A DNA stretch of 64,000 nt from an uncultured Chloroflexia bacterium (GTDB taxonomy: Bacteria; Chloroflexota; Dehalococcoidia; DSTF01; JACRBR01), in the NCBI GenBank assembly GCA_963843685.1, contig CAWJLO010000005.1:790-64789 (forward strand), in the 5' to 3' direction. Under the pieces are notes generated by a model. The model was not told the DNA's origin. It was given only the letters and a program-made list of their open reading frames with translations, and searched no databases. Each line of letters starts with the position of its first letter. Position 1 is the stretch's first letter. This document shows positions 48,684 to 57,881 of this stretch, piece after piece. The position numbers were made by a program, and so were the translations under genes.

Positions 48684-49409
48684 TTACGTTGCGAGACCAG
48701 GCGCCGCTTCTTCGAGGCTGTCTTCTGTGAAGTAGGTCAGCTTGCCCTGCAGCAGGCCGTGGTGCGCGTGGAACCGCCCGGCGTGCAGCTCGCGCAGCAT
48801 GTCCTCCCCCGACGTCAGATCCTGCTCGAAGACGGTGCAGTAGAACCCGATTCCTGACCGCGAGTGCGCGTCGCTGCCGCCGGTGACAGGCTTACCCAGC
48901 ACCTTCGCCACGCGCAGCGCGAAGAGATTCTCGCGCGGTGTGTTCGCTCCGTTCAACGCCTCGATTGCGTCCACGAGCTGAAACACCGGCATCCGCTCCG
49001 CGGCCTGCTCGGGCGTCATCGTGAACGGCTCCTTGCCCTGTTTTCGGAAGTACACCGGGTCGAACCAGTGCCGGAACGGGTGCGCCACGACCATGTAGCC
49101 GCCAATCTCGTCCAGCACGCGCCGCAGCTCTTCGGCGCGCCGGATGCCCGCGACGTACCCCTTCAGCCCCACGACGATCATGTGCCCGAGGTCCGTCGAG
49201 ACCTCCATGCCGTTGTTTACGAACAACGGCGCGTGGCGCTCCCGGTACTCGTTCAGTTTGTATGTGTCCCAGAGCCGGTCGTGCTCGGTGATGTTGAGGC
49301 CGGTGAGGCCGCGCGCCTTCGCCTCTTCTGCGAGATCCTCGGGGTTGAGTCCGCTGTCGGACGCGCCCGCGGTCGTGTGCACGTGCATGTCGAGGATCGT
49401 TCCAGGCAT
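48684..49409 (-). CDS. PHP-domain metal-dependent phosphoesterase
   Basis: MPGTILDMHVHTTAGASDSG...NITEHD... (the PHP His motifs). Confidence 0.7.
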   Translation of the reverse strand: MPGTILDMHVHTTAGASDSGLNPEDLAEEAKARGLTGLNITEHDRLWDTYKLNEYRERHAPLFVNNGMEVSTDLGHMIVVGLKGYVAGIRRAEELRRVLDEIGGYMVVAHPFRHWFDPVYFRKQGKEPFTMTPEQAAERMPVFQLVDAIEALNGANTPRENLFALRVAKVLGKPVTGGSDAHSRSGIGFYCTVFEQDLTSGEDMLRELHAGRFHAHHGLLQGKLTYFTEDSLEEAAPGLAT

Positions 49410-49449
49410 CGTTCGAACTATAGCAACGGCCTCGTTTAGCTTCGACGCG

Positions 49450-49866
49450 CTACCCGAGCTGCGCCAGCCACGGCAGGGCCCACCCGAACGCCACGGCGAA
49501 CAACAGCCCGGCGACCAGCGCGGCGCGCCGCACCGGCGGCACGGCCATCGCCGGGATCACTGCCACCGCCGTCAGCGCGAGCACCATCGCCGTGTACACC
49601 TCGTTCGGGCTGCCCAGGCCACCGTCGGGACGCCGCGCGTCGATGCCGCCCAGCGCCATCCCCAGCACCAGGCCCACCGCCGTCAGCATGATGATCGCCG
49701 CGAAGTGGATCACCACCGAGAGCGCCATCACGCTCGTTCCCGGCGGCGCGATCCGCTGCGCAAACCCCGACCGGTCGTTCGAGCGCACGAGCGCGATCGC
49801 CGCCAGCGGCGTCAGCAGGAGCGCCAGCGCATAGCCCACCACGAAGCCCGCGAACACCTCGGCCAC
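49450..49866 (-). CDS. small integral membrane protein (4 TM segments)
   Basis: A GTG start overlaps the ispE stop (TAGTG); hydrophobic throughout. Confidence 0.45.
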   Translation of the reverse strand: MAEVFAGFVVGYALALLLTPLAAIALVRSNDRSGFAQRIAPPGTSVMALSVVIHFAAIIMLTAVGLVLGMALGGIDARRPDGGLGSPNEVYTAMVLALTAVAVIPAMAVPPVRRAALVAGLLFAVAFGWALPWLAQLG

Positions 49867-50768
49867 TAGACCGCCCTGATCGTCGTCGCCGAACGGCGCG
49901 TCGTCGCGCGCACCGGTCGCGGCTCGAATCCCAGCACGCGGATCCGGTCGCTCATGACGCGCGCGTCGTCGCGCGCGGACAGCAGCAGAAAGAACGACGG
50001 CCCGGCGCCGCACAGGTGCGGCACGTGCCCCTGCGCGCGCAGCGCGTCCATCGCGATTTCGGTCTGCGGCTGCATGCTCGCCGTCACCGTCTCGAACACG
50101 TTCTGCAGCTCCGCATCCACCAGCTGCCGTCCCGCGGAGATCGTCTCCCGTACTCCCAGCGTCACGTCCCCCGCGGTGTAGGCCTCCGGTCCCAGCGCCG
50201 CGAACATTGCCGCCGTCTTCTCCCCGCGCTCGTTCTGCGGCGGTGTCGCCAGCAGGATCGGCGGCGCCGCGGCGTCCGGCAGCGGCTCCACCTGCTCACC
50301 GCGGCCACTGATCAACGCAGCGCCGCCGAACACGAAGAACGGTGGGTCGGAGCCCACCTCTCCCGCCAGCTCCGCGAGGTTCTCGCGCGACTCCCCCAAC
50401 TCCCACATCCGGTTCAGTCCGCGCAACACCGCCGCCGCGTCGCTGCTGCCGCCGCCGAGGCCCGCCGCCACCGGCACCCGCTTCTCGATCGAGATCCGCA
50501 CGCCGCGTCCGCCGCCGGCACGCCGGCTCAGGGCCAGCGCCGCGCGGTACGCCAGGTTCGACTCCGGCGGCGCATCTGGCAGCGCGCCCGCCTCCGGACC
50601 GTTGATCTCGACGCTGATCTCCCGCGCATCGCGGAGGGTCACTACGTCGTGCAGATCGATCGTCTGCAGCACGCTGCGCAGTTCGTGGTAGCCGTCCGCA
50701 CGCTTTCGCAGCACCTCCAGCGTCCAGTTGATCTTCGCCGGCGCGATCACACGCACAACGCCGCTCAC
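49866..50768 (-). CDS. ispE: 4-diphosphocytidyl-2-C-methyl-D-erythritol kinase
   Basis: VIAPAKINWTLEVLRKRADGYHELRSVLQTIDLHD, then a GHMP kinase motif (PVAAGLGGGSSDAAA). A GTG start overlaps the ksgA stop (GTGA). Confidence 0.8.
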   Translation of the reverse strand: MSGVVRVIAPAKINWTLEVLRKRADGYHELRSVLQTIDLHDVVTLRDAREISVEINGPEAGALPDAPPESNLAYRAALALSRRAGGGRGVRISIEKRVPVAAGLGGGSSDAAAVLRGLNRMWELGESRENLAELAGEVGSDPPFFVFGGAALISGRGEQVEPLPDAAAPPILLATPPQNERGEKTAAMFAALGPEAYTAGDVTLGVRETISAGRQLVDAELQNVFETVTASMQPQTEIAMDALRAQGHVPHLCGAGPSFFLLLSARDDARVMSDRIRVLGFEPRPVRATTRRSATTIRAV

Positions 50769-51601
50769 TGGTCCGGCCTCGCGATCCACGCCCGCGTGAT
50801 CGCCGCCCACTCATCGATCGACAGCACCTGCGGCCGCAGCGTCACGTCGATCCCGGCCGCCTTCATCACGCCGTCGACCACCTCCTGCTTCACGTGCAGG
50901 CCGAACGAGAGGCTGTTCCGGAGCTGCTTGCGCGGATTGCCGAACCCGGCGCGCACGATGCGGAAGAAGACGTCGAGCGGCACGGTCACGCGCGTGGCTG
51001 GCAGCACGTCGATGCGCACGACCGCGGATTGCACCTTCGGCGGCGGCGAGAACGCGCCGGGCGCCACGCTCATCACCATGCTCGTGTCGCCGTAGACCTG
51101 CGTCGCCACGCTCAGCAGCCCCATCCGTCCCGGCTTGGCCACCAGCGCCTCGGCCACCTCCAGCTGCACCATCACGACCATGCGACGCGGCCGCTCGTCT
51201 CCTTCGAGGAACCGGCGCAGCACCGGCGCCGCGATGTTGTATGGCAGGTTCGCCACGACGACGTACGGCGCGTGAGCCCCGCCATCCCGTAGCAACTCGC
51301 CCGGCGTCCGCTCCAGCACGTCCCGTTCGACGATCGCGACGTTCGACGCGCCGGCGAATCTCGTCCGAAGCGCGGCAATCAGGTCGCGGTCGATCTCCAC
51401 CGCGACGACGCGCGTCGCCCGCTCCGCCAGGATCGCCGTGAGCGAGCCGAGCCCCGGCCCCACCTCGAGCACGGCGTCGTCCGGCGCGAGTTCCGCCGCG
51501 TCGACGATGCGGTTCAGGAGGTTAGTGTCCGATAGAAAATGCTGGCCAAAGCGCTTCTTGGGCCGGTGCGGTACGCGCCTACGAGAGGATGTAGATGTCA
51601 A
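50765..51601 (-). CDS. rsmA: 16S rRNA (adenine1518/1519-N6)-dimethyltransferase
   Basis: KKRFGQHFLSDTNLLNRIVDAA...VLEVGPGLGSLT. Confidence 0.85.
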   Translation of the reverse strand: MTSTSSRRRVPHRPKKRFGQHFLSDTNLLNRIVDAAELAPDDAVLEVGPGLGSLTAILAERATRVVAVEIDRDLIAALRTRFAGASNVAIVERDVLERTPGELLRDGGAHAPYVVVANLPYNIAAPVLRRFLEGDERPRRMVVMVQLEVAEALVAKPGRMGLLSVATQVYGDTSMVMSVAPGAFSPPPKVQSAVVRIDVLPATRVTVPLDVFFRIVRAGFGNPRKQLRNSLSFGLHVKQEVVDGVMKAAGIDVTLRPQVLSIDEWAAITRAWIARPDQ

Positions 51602-53039
51602 GCCACTTCGACTGCCAGTGCACCGTCGCTCCGTCCGGATAGCCCAGGTCGATGATATACCCCTTCACCGCGCCGCCCGTGTCCGCCGCTACGGCGTAGC
51701 CGTATCCCGGAATGAACATCTTCGTCCCCAGCGGGATGACGTTCGGGTCCACCGCCACGATACCGTACGTCACGATGGCGCCCGTCGCCGTGTGCCCGTA
51801 TGCCGGGTCGCTCGACGAGCGGCCGCTGCTCGCCGCGTCGTACCACGTAGCGTAGACGTTGATCGTCCGTACGACGTTCAGCGATCCGGGCGAAACGTCG
51901 GCTCCCTGCTGCGGCGGGTACAGGATCACCGTGTCGACGGGCGGCGGATCGTACTCCTCGTCCAGCAGCGTCCGGCCGACCTCTTCGCCGTTCACGTACG
52001 CGATGTCGTAGTGCCGGATCCGCACGCCGTCATGACCCGCGATCGTGCGTATCGATCCCGGCGGCAGTGACGGATCGACCTTGTAGATCGTCTCGCTCTC
52101 CACGTACTCGCGCTCTTCACTGCGCGACGCCGAGAGCTGGACGACGCGCACCGCCATGCCCGCCACGACCGGCGTGTCCAGGGGCGGGTCCGAAAGTGCC
52201 CCCTGCGGCAGCGCGATGCCCGCGGCCGTCAACGCGTCCCCGACCGTGCGCTCGAACGTGTAGATCACACGGTGGTCGCTGGGCAGCGTCACCGTCAGCG
52301 CTTTCGCGTGCCGCAGCTCGATCAGCGTGTCCGCATCGAGCGGCGCCTGCAGATCCGGCGTCACGCGGTCCGCCGGGCCGACGGTGAGCCCCGCCTCGCG
52401 CAGCGCCTGCGCAACCGTGGGCCGGCTCGATGTCGACACGACTTCGTGGCCGTCCTCGTCGACGGTGAATGGCACGGCGCGCCGGACGTCGATGATGATG
52501 CCGCCCGTGGCCGTCGTCGTGTCCGCCAGTGCGGCGTGCGACGCGAAGAGCCGCGGCGGATCCACCGGCGCGTTCAGCGACACCAGCGCACCGTCCTGCA
52601 GCACGCTGTCGCGATCGCCGACGGCGACGCCGGCTTCATCGAGCAGTTGGTCGATCGTCACGGCATGTGTGTGAAGGTGATACGTGAGCCCGTCGGCCCG
52701 CAGCGTGACGTCGTGCGCGCGCTCCACCCGCAGGACGTCGATCCCGCCGCCGTCGAGCGCGGTAACGCGGTCGCCCGCCTTCAGCCGCACGCCGGCGCCT
52801 TGCAGTACGGCCGAATTACTCGACATATTCGTCGATACCGTGAAGTCCCGCCCGTCCGCCTCGACGCGCACGCGACGCGGTTGGAGCACCACATAGCCGA
52901 AGACGCTGACGATGAGCACGGCCGAGAGGACGGCAAGGTGGCCCCGCCGCCCGGAGTCGAGGAAGAGGCTGCGCTCCCCCAACCGCTCCGCGAACCGGCC
53001 AAGCCGTCGCCACGCTTCCCGTCCGTCCATGCGCGGCAT
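51579..53039 (-). CDS. YabE-like cell-wall protein: DUF348 repeats plus G5 plus C-terminal 3D (MltA-like) domain
   Basis: An N-terminal TM anchor is followed by three DUF348-like repeats. The C-terminus reads YGHTATGAIVTYGIVAVDPNVIPLGTKMFIPGYGYAVAADTGGAVKGYIIDL (3D domain). It sits upstream of ksgA as in Firmicutes. Confidence 0.7.
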   Translation of the reverse strand: MPRMDGREAWRRLGRFAERLGERSLFLDSGRRGHLAVLSAVLIVSVFGYVVLQPRRVRVEADGRDFTVSTNMSSNSAVLQGAGVRLKAGDRVTALDGGGIDVLRVERAHDVTLRADGLTYHLHTHAVTIDQLLDEAGVAVGDRDSVLQDGALVSLNAPVDPPRLFASHAALADTTTATGGIIIDVRRAVPFTVDEDGHEVVSTSSRPTVAQALREAGLTVGPADRVTPDLQAPLDADTLIELRHAKALTVTLPSDHRVIYTFERTVGDALTAAGIALPQGALSDPPLDTPVVAGMAVRVVQLSASRSEEREYVESETIYKVDPSLPPGSIRTIAGHDGVRIRHYDIAYVNGEEVGRTLLDEEYDPPPVDTVILYPPQQGADVSPGSLNVVRTINVYATWYDAASSGRSSSDPAYGHTATGAIVTYGIVAVDPNVIPLGTKMFIPGYGYAVAADTGGAVKGYIIDLGYPDGATVHWQSKWLDIYILS

Positions 53040-53127
53040 GTGGCCTCCTGTGCCGCTCCCTGCCTGGGCGCAAAGGGACTCGCGTAGACAAGCGCCGCAC
53101 GCCGGCGGCGCTTTGGTGGAGAAGTAA

Positions 53128-53394
53128 GGTCGTGCACCCGCTGTCGATCGGGCCCTTCGGCTTAACGGCGCTAGCCAGCTCCGGCCCGGTAACCCTACGG
53201 CACCCGAAGCAAACTACTTACCGCTGCTTCCTTCCGGACCTGACGGGGTTCATAGCGCTTCGCCGCGTAGGACCAGGCCCTCAACGCCGCTCGGCGCAGC
53301 CAGTTCCCAGGTACACCAACCTCGAGCGGGGATTCAGCCCCGCTATAGCGGCTTGCGGGTACAGGGCACCGCTGGCTCCCCGCCTAGCACGACC
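53128..53394 (-). ncRNA. ffs: signal recognition particle RNA, long Bacillus-type (Alu domain plus S domain), about 267 nt
   Basis: The minus strand reads GGUCGUGCUAGGCGGGGAGCCAGCGGUGCCCUGUACCCGCAAGCCGCUAUAGCGGGGCUGAAUCCCCGCUCGAGGUUGGUGUAC... then GUCAGGUCCGGAAGGAAGCAGC (domain IV) and ends ...GAUCGACAGCGGGUGCACGACC. The 5' and 3' ends pair (GGUCGUGC/GCACGACC), and there is a near-collinear match to the B. subtilis scRNA Alu and S domains. Confidence 0.85.
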
Positions 53395-53401
53395 GTCAGG
53401 C

Positions 53402-53429
53402 ATCCTACCACGCGCCTGTCGCTCGTCAA
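53402..53429 (-). promoter_or_regulatory. promoter of ffs (TTGACG-17-TAGGAT) placing the transcription start at the predicted SRP RNA 5' end
   Basis: The minus strand reads CTTGACGagcgacaggcgcgtggTAGGATgcctgac, and the SRP RNA 5' GGUCGUGC begins 7 nt downstream. Confidence 0.5.
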
Positions 53430-53608
53430 GTGACGCCGCCGTCCGCCCGATGCGCCTCTGCACTCACCTTATGACAACGGACACCCTATCTTTAGCGCGC
53501 GACGTATGGGCCCGTTCGCACCACGATCAGGGTCGCACCTGACGTAACGCGCCTGCCTCGATCTTGTATATTGCCGATCCAGGCGACGTAACGTGGAGGG
53601 GGCGCACG

Positions 53609-54727
53609 ATGGTCGATTCACTGCCGAAGTTCACCGCGGCTGCGGTCCAGGCAGCGCCAATCTTCCTCGATCGTGACGCCACCGTCGACAAAGCGTGCGC
53701 CCTCATCGCCGAGGCGGCCGAAGCAGGCGCCGAGCTCATCGTCTTCCCCGAAACCTGGATCCCCGGCTACCCCTTCTGGCATACCGCCGAGGGCGTGCGC
53801 AACAGCGAAACCTACGCCCGCCTCTGGAAGAACGCCGTCGAGGTGCCGTCGTCCAGCACCGATCGCCTCGCCGACGCCGCCCGGGCTGCCGGCGCCTACG
53901 TCGTCATCGGTATCAACGAACGCGACACCGTCGGTCGCGGCACGCTGTTCAACACGCTGCTCTACCTCTCGCCGGATGGCGAGATCGCCCACAAACACCG
54001 CAAGCTCATGCCGACGTTCACCGAGCGCACGATCTGGGGCATGGGCGATGGCAGCGACCTCGGCCTGCTCGACACGCCCCTTGGCCGCATGGGCGGGCTC
54101 ATCTGCTGGGAGCACGAGATGACGCTCGCCAAGTACGCGCTCTACGCGCAGGGCGAGCAGGTGCACTGCGCCGGCTGGCCTGCCTACTCCGCGCAGAACA
54201 GTCACATCGATTTCGGCATGCGGCAGTACGCGTTCGAGGGCGCGTGCTTCGTCGTGTCGGCCTGCGGCGTGCTGATGCCCGGCTCGCTGCCCGAGGCGTT
54301 TGGCGGCGACAAGGTGCCGTCCAACGGCGGGAGCGCCATCGTCGCGCCGAACGGCGACTATCTCGCCGGGCCCGTGTACGGCTGCGAGGAGATCATCTAC
54401 GCCGAGATCGACCTTGAGCTGACGATCCGTGAGCGCCACTCGCACGACGTCGCCGGCCACTACGCGCGGCCCGACATCCTCCAGCTCATCGTGAACGCCG
54501 AGCCGAAGCCGATCGCGACCTTCGCCGGCGTGGACGGCGTCTCCGACACGTCGCTTGAGATGGCGACGGCCGGCGAGGTCGCTGACCGCCTCGAGGCCGT
54601 GCGCGAATACCTCGGCAGCTTGATTGAGCGCATCGAGGGCGACGGCGACGCCGAGGTCAACGAAGCCATCGCCGAAGCGCTCGCCTCCATCGACATGGCG
54701 GCCGCCGGCATGTGGAACGGCTCGTAG
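53609..54727 (+). CDS. nitrilase / carbon-nitrogen hydrolase family protein
   Basis: GGAGGGGG lies 6 nt before the ATG. IVFPETWIPGYPFW...a catalytic Cys context (GGLICWEHEM..) and a nitrilase-type C-terminal extension are present. Confidence 0.75.
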   Translation: MVDSLPKFTAAAVQAAPIFLDRDATVDKACALIAEAAEAGAELIVFPETWIPGYPFWHTAEGVRNSETYARLWKNAVEVPSSSTDRLADAARAAGAYVVIGINERDTVGRGTLFNTLLYLSPDGEIAHKHRKLMPTFTERTIWGMGDGSDLGLLDTPLGRMGGLICWEHEMTLAKYALYAQGEQVHCAGWPAYSAQNSHIDFGMRQYAFEGACFVVSACGVLMPGSLPEAFGGDKVPSNGGSAIVAPNGDYLAGPVYGCEEIIYAEIDLELTIRERHSHDVAGHYARPDILQLIVNAEPKPIATFAGVDGVSDTSLEMATAGEVADRLEAVREYLGSLIERIEGDGDAEVNEAIAEALASIDMAAAGMWNGS

Positions 54728-54798
54728 CGCACGTGACCCCCGCCGCGCCAAACATCAACCGCACCAACGCCGCGCCCGCGACGAGCCTCCGCGGCCAC

Positions 54799-55425
54799 AT
54801 GCGCCGCCGCAAACTCCCCTACGACGCAACGCTCGCCCGCAAACACATCATCAAGCGCGACCCCGTGATGCGCGCCATCGTCCGCGCCGTCGGCGCCTAC
54901 GACCTGGAGGTCCGGGGCCGCCCGTACGAGGCGTTGCTGCGAGCCATCCTTTACCAGCAGCTCGCCGGCCCGGCCGCCGCCGCCATCGAGCGGCGCTTCC
55001 TCGCCATCTTCGGGGGCATCCCGACGCCCGCCGCGCTCGCGGACGTCTCGGACGAAGCGCTGCGCACTGCCGGCGTGTCGCGCCAGAAGGCGGGCTACAT
55101 GCGCAGCCTCGCCGAGCACTTCGCCTCCGGCGCGATCGACGAGCGCGCCCTGCAGCGTGCGCCTGACGACGAGGTGATCGCCGAGGTGACGCAGATCAAG
55201 GGCATCGGCCGCTGGACGGCCGACATGCTGCTGCTCTTCTGCCTCGGCCGCCCGGACGTGCTCCCCGTCGGCGACCTCGGCATCCAGAACTCCATACGCA
55301 TCGCCTACGGGCTGGACGCCATGCCGTCGCCGAAGCAGATGGAGGATCTGGCGGAGCCGTGGCGCCCGTACCGCAGCGCTGGCACGTGGTACCTCTGGCG
55401 CCGCGGCGATCTGGTCACGCTGTAG
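54799..55425 (+). CDS. HhH-GPD DNA glycosylase (AlkA / 3-methyladenine glycosylase II-like)
   Basis: AILYQQLAGPAAAAIERRF...VTQIKGIGRWTADMLLLFCLGRPDVLPVGDLGIQ (helix-hairpin-helix followed by the catalytic Asp). Confidence 0.7.
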   Translation: MRRRKLPYDATLARKHIIKRDPVMRAIVRAVGAYDLEVRGRPYEALLRAILYQQLAGPAAAAIERRFLAIFGGIPTPAALADVSDEALRTAGVSRQKAGYMRSLAEHFASGAIDERALQRAPDDEVIAEVTQIKGIGRWTADMLLLFCLGRPDVLPVGDLGIQNSIRIAYGLDAMPSPKQMEDLAEPWRPYRSAGTWYLWRRGDLVTL

Positions 55426-55430
55426 AGCTT

Positions 55431-55808
55431 ATGTACGAAGCCGACGACGACACCTTCGAGCGGATGATGGGCGAGGCGATCGACCGCCTCCCCGAGCGGT
55501 TCCGCGAGCGCATCGCCAACGTCGAGTTCGACATCGAGGATCATGCGCGGCCCGAGGACTACGGTCGCACGCGTACCCCACGCGGCGCCATGCTGCTCGG
55601 CATCTACCGCGGCGTCCCACTGACGAAGCGCGGCGCCTACTACAACTTCGCCCTGCCCGACCGCATCGTCGTCTTCCGCGGCGCCTTGCAGCAGATCTCC
55701 CGTGACGAAGACGACCTCCGCGAGCGCGTCGCGCACGTCGTCCAGCATGAGGTGGCGCACTACTTCGGGATCAGCGACGACCGCCTGCGCGAAATCGACG
55801 CGTACTGA
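55431..55808 (+). CDS. COG3824-type small zinc metallopeptidase-like protein
   Basis: MYEADDDTFERMMGEAIDRLPERFRERIANVEFDIEDH...VVQHEVAHYFGISDDRLREID (HExxH). Confidence 0.6.
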   Translation: MYEADDDTFERMMGEAIDRLPERFRERIANVEFDIEDHARPEDYGRTRTPRGAMLLGIYRGVPLTKRGAYYNFALPDRIVVFRGALQQISRDEDDLRERVAHVVQHEVAHYFGISDDRLREIDAY

Positions 55809-55820
55809 GCTCCGCGCCGT

Positions 55821-56633
55821 TCACTCGATCGGCGAGTCCGCCCGGTTCCCCCACTCCTGCCACGAGCCGTCGTAATTCCGCACGTGCGGATACCCCAGCA
55901 CGTGCTTCAGCACGAACCACGTGTGCACCGCGCGGATGCCGAGCTGGCAGTGCGTGATCACGTCCCGGTCCGGAGTGACGCCCGCGTCCTCGTACATCCG
56001 GCGCAGCTCGTCGACCGGCTTCAGCACGTTGTCGCCGGCCATGGCCTCGGTCCACTCGACGTTCACCGCGCCCGGGATGTGCCCGCCGCGGGCTGCCCGT
56101 ACCGAGCGGCCCGCGTACTCGTCCAGCGACCGCACGTCCAGTACGACCTCGCCGGCGCGGTCGATGGCGTCGCGCACGTCCTGCCACGTCGCCTCGTTCT
56201 CGGTGTTCGCGCTCGTCGGCGCGGGATACGCGGCCGCCGGCGGCTCGACGACTTCCGACGTGACCGGACGCCCCTCCCGCAGCCAGCGTTCGCGCCCCCC
56301 GTCGAGCACGTGTACGTGGCCGGGATGCCGGTAGTAGTCCATCGTCCAGTATCCGCGGATCGCGTACACGCTGTTGCGGTCGCCGTACCACACGACAGTC
56401 GTCCGCGGTCCGATGCCGAAGCGGCGCATCAGCGCCGAAAACTGCTCGGCGGTCGGCGGGTAGCCGCTGGATTCGTCGCCGTTCCGAAGCAGGTCGCCGT
56501 GGGGCTCCACCCAGAGCGCGCCCGGGATGTGCGCCGCGTCGTACGTCGCCTTCTCGATGCTCGACTCCAGCACCCGGAGGTCCGGATCACCGAGGTGCTG
56601 CTCCAGCCACTCCGGCGTCACCAGGACGCTCAC
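55821..56633 (-). CDS. thiosulfate / 3-mercaptopyruvate sulfurtransferase (tandem rhodanese domains)
   Basis: An inactive N-terminal rhodanese domain is followed by an active domain with CQLGIRAVHTW. Confidence 0.8.
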   Translation of the reverse strand: MSVLVTPEWLEQHLGDPDLRVLESSIEKATYDAAHIPGALWVEPHGDLLRNGDESSGYPPTAEQFSALMRRFGIGPRTTVVWYGDRNSVYAIRGYWTMDYYRHPGHVHVLDGGRERWLREGRPVTSEVVEPPAAAYPAPTSANTENEATWQDVRDAIDRAGEVVLDVRSLDEYAGRSVRAARGGHIPGAVNVEWTEAMAGDNVLKPVDELRRMYEDAGVTPDRDVITHCQLGIRAVHTWFVLKHVLGYPHVRNYDGSWQEWGNRADSPIE

Positions 56634-57100
56634 GGCACCACCTCAGGTGCGTCGCTACGGCCGGTGCTGCGGGCCAGGTCCGACATCTCACTCGCCATCC
56701 CCTCGTCCAGCCGCATGAACACGCCGTCGCCTTCTGCCAGCAGCTCGCCGCTACTGTCGCGGACTTCCGCGCGCAGCTCGATCAGGCGCGCCCGGTCCTT
56801 CACGACCCACGCCTCGACCCGCAGCCGTCGGTCCAAGTGAACCGGTTTGCGGAACCGCACGTTGAGCCGAGCCGTCGCGCCCCACTTGGCGGCGTGATAC
56901 ACGGCCCAGCCCATCGTCTCATCGATCAACGTCGAGACGATGCCGCCGTGCATGCGGCCGGGATAACCCTGCTGGTAGTCGCAGGGCGTGTACTCGCAGA
57001 TCGTGCGCTCGCCCTCGCGGCGGAACTCCATATGCAGCCCGCGCTCGTTCGCCGGGCCGCAGCCGTAGCACAACCGTGCAGGCCGTTCGCGCTCGTTCAC
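56630..57100 (-). CDS. PaaI/YbgC-type hotdog-fold thioesterase with N-terminal Cys pair
   Basis: CYGCGPANERGLHMEF...GRMHGGIVSTLIDETMGWAV. Confidence 0.65.
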   Translation of the reverse strand: MNERERPARLCYGCGPANERGLHMEFRREGERTICEYTPCDYQQGYPGRMHGGIVSTLIDETMGWAVYHAAKWGATARLNVRFRKPVHLDRRLRVEAWVVKDRARLIELRAEVRDSSGELLAEGDGVFMRLDEGMASEMSDLARSTGRSDAPEVVP

Positions 57101-57480
57101 GACCCGACTCCCACGGTCGCGCGGCCCTCGATCAGCACCTCACCGCGCTGGTTCGCGCATTGGATAGCGTACTCCGATGTGCCGTCCGACGATCTCGTCA
57201 GCTGCGCCGACGCCGTGACAGTATCGCCCGGCCGCGTCGGCGCCTTGAAGCGCACCTTCAGCTTCCCGCCGCCAGACCACGCCTCACCGAACGCCGCGTA
57301 CATCATCTCCCCGATCAGCGCGAGCACGAGCATACCGTGCGCGATAGTGCCCTCGAACGGCGTCGACCGCGCGTACGTTTCGTCGATGTGGATAGGGTTG
57401 TGGTCGCCCGATGCGTCCGCGTAGGCGCTGATCTGCGCCTGACTGAGAGTCCGCACGACCGGCTGCACTTCGACGTTCAC
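57097..57480 (-). CDS. MaoC-like (R)-specific enoyl-CoA hydratase/dehydratase (hotdog)
   Basis: ISAYADASGDHNPIHIDETYARSTPFEGTIAHGML. Confidence 0.7.
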   Translation of the reverse strand: MNVEVQPVVRTLSQAQISAYADASGDHNPIHIDETYARSTPFEGTIAHGMLVLALIGEMMYAAFGEAWSGGGKLKVRFKAPTRPGDTVTASAQLTRSSDGTSEYAIQCANQRGEVLIEGRATVGVGS

Positions 57481-57881
57481 GAGCCGCCGCCCGGCGCCAT
57501 GATCGTCGCCCGCGCCCGCACGCCTCGGCCGCCGTCCGGCGCGATCTCGAACTCGATCACGCTCACGACGAAGCCCTGCCGCTCCGAGCGCTGTGCTACC
57601 CGCCCCGTAAGCGTCAACGGTTCGCCCGCATGCAGGACGGCTTCCTGCTCGACCTCCTGTCCCGTGTGCAGCGAGCCCTCGGGCAGTGCGATGTGCTCCT
57701 GTAGCGCTGCGAGGCCCAGCGCAACCGCGGCGAGGGGCGGAACCGTGTCGCCGTACGCGTTGCCGTCGCCGACCGCGCGTGCGTACGCGTCAACCGCCTG
57801 GTTCGTCACCGTGAATGTCGTCGGTGGGAGTTCGTGCCCGCGTGCCAGCAGCGTGATGTTCGTGGGGGCCGATGATGCCAT
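57477..57881 (-). CDS. MaoC-N / FAS1-like dehydratase hotdog-domain partner protein
   Basis: The stop overlaps the downstream MaoC start, which points to a HadAB-like two-subunit dehydratase arrangement. Confidence 0.55.
   Translation of the reverse strand: MASSAPTNITLLARGHELPPTTFTVTNQAVDAYARAVGDGNAYGDTVPPLAAVALGLAALQEHIALPEGSLHTGQEVEQEAVLHAGEPLTLTGRVAQRSERQGFVVSVIEFEIAPDGGRGVRARATIMAPGGGS

Noticed and set aside
53085-53112. GC hairpin (AGCGCCGC/GCGGCGCU) downstream of the ffs 3' end as an intrinsic terminator
   Set aside because: The hairpin is clear but is not followed by a U-tract on the minus strand, so I did not list it as a terminator feature.
53040-53560. Possible RNase P RNA in the large ORF-free gap (GC-rich, with a CGGCUUAACGG-like motif resembling the P4 3' strand)
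   Set aside because: No GGAAAGUCCGG or AGGGUGAAA P4/P10-12 signatures were found on either strand. The region is instead fully accounted for by a Bacillus-type SRP RNA on the minus strand.
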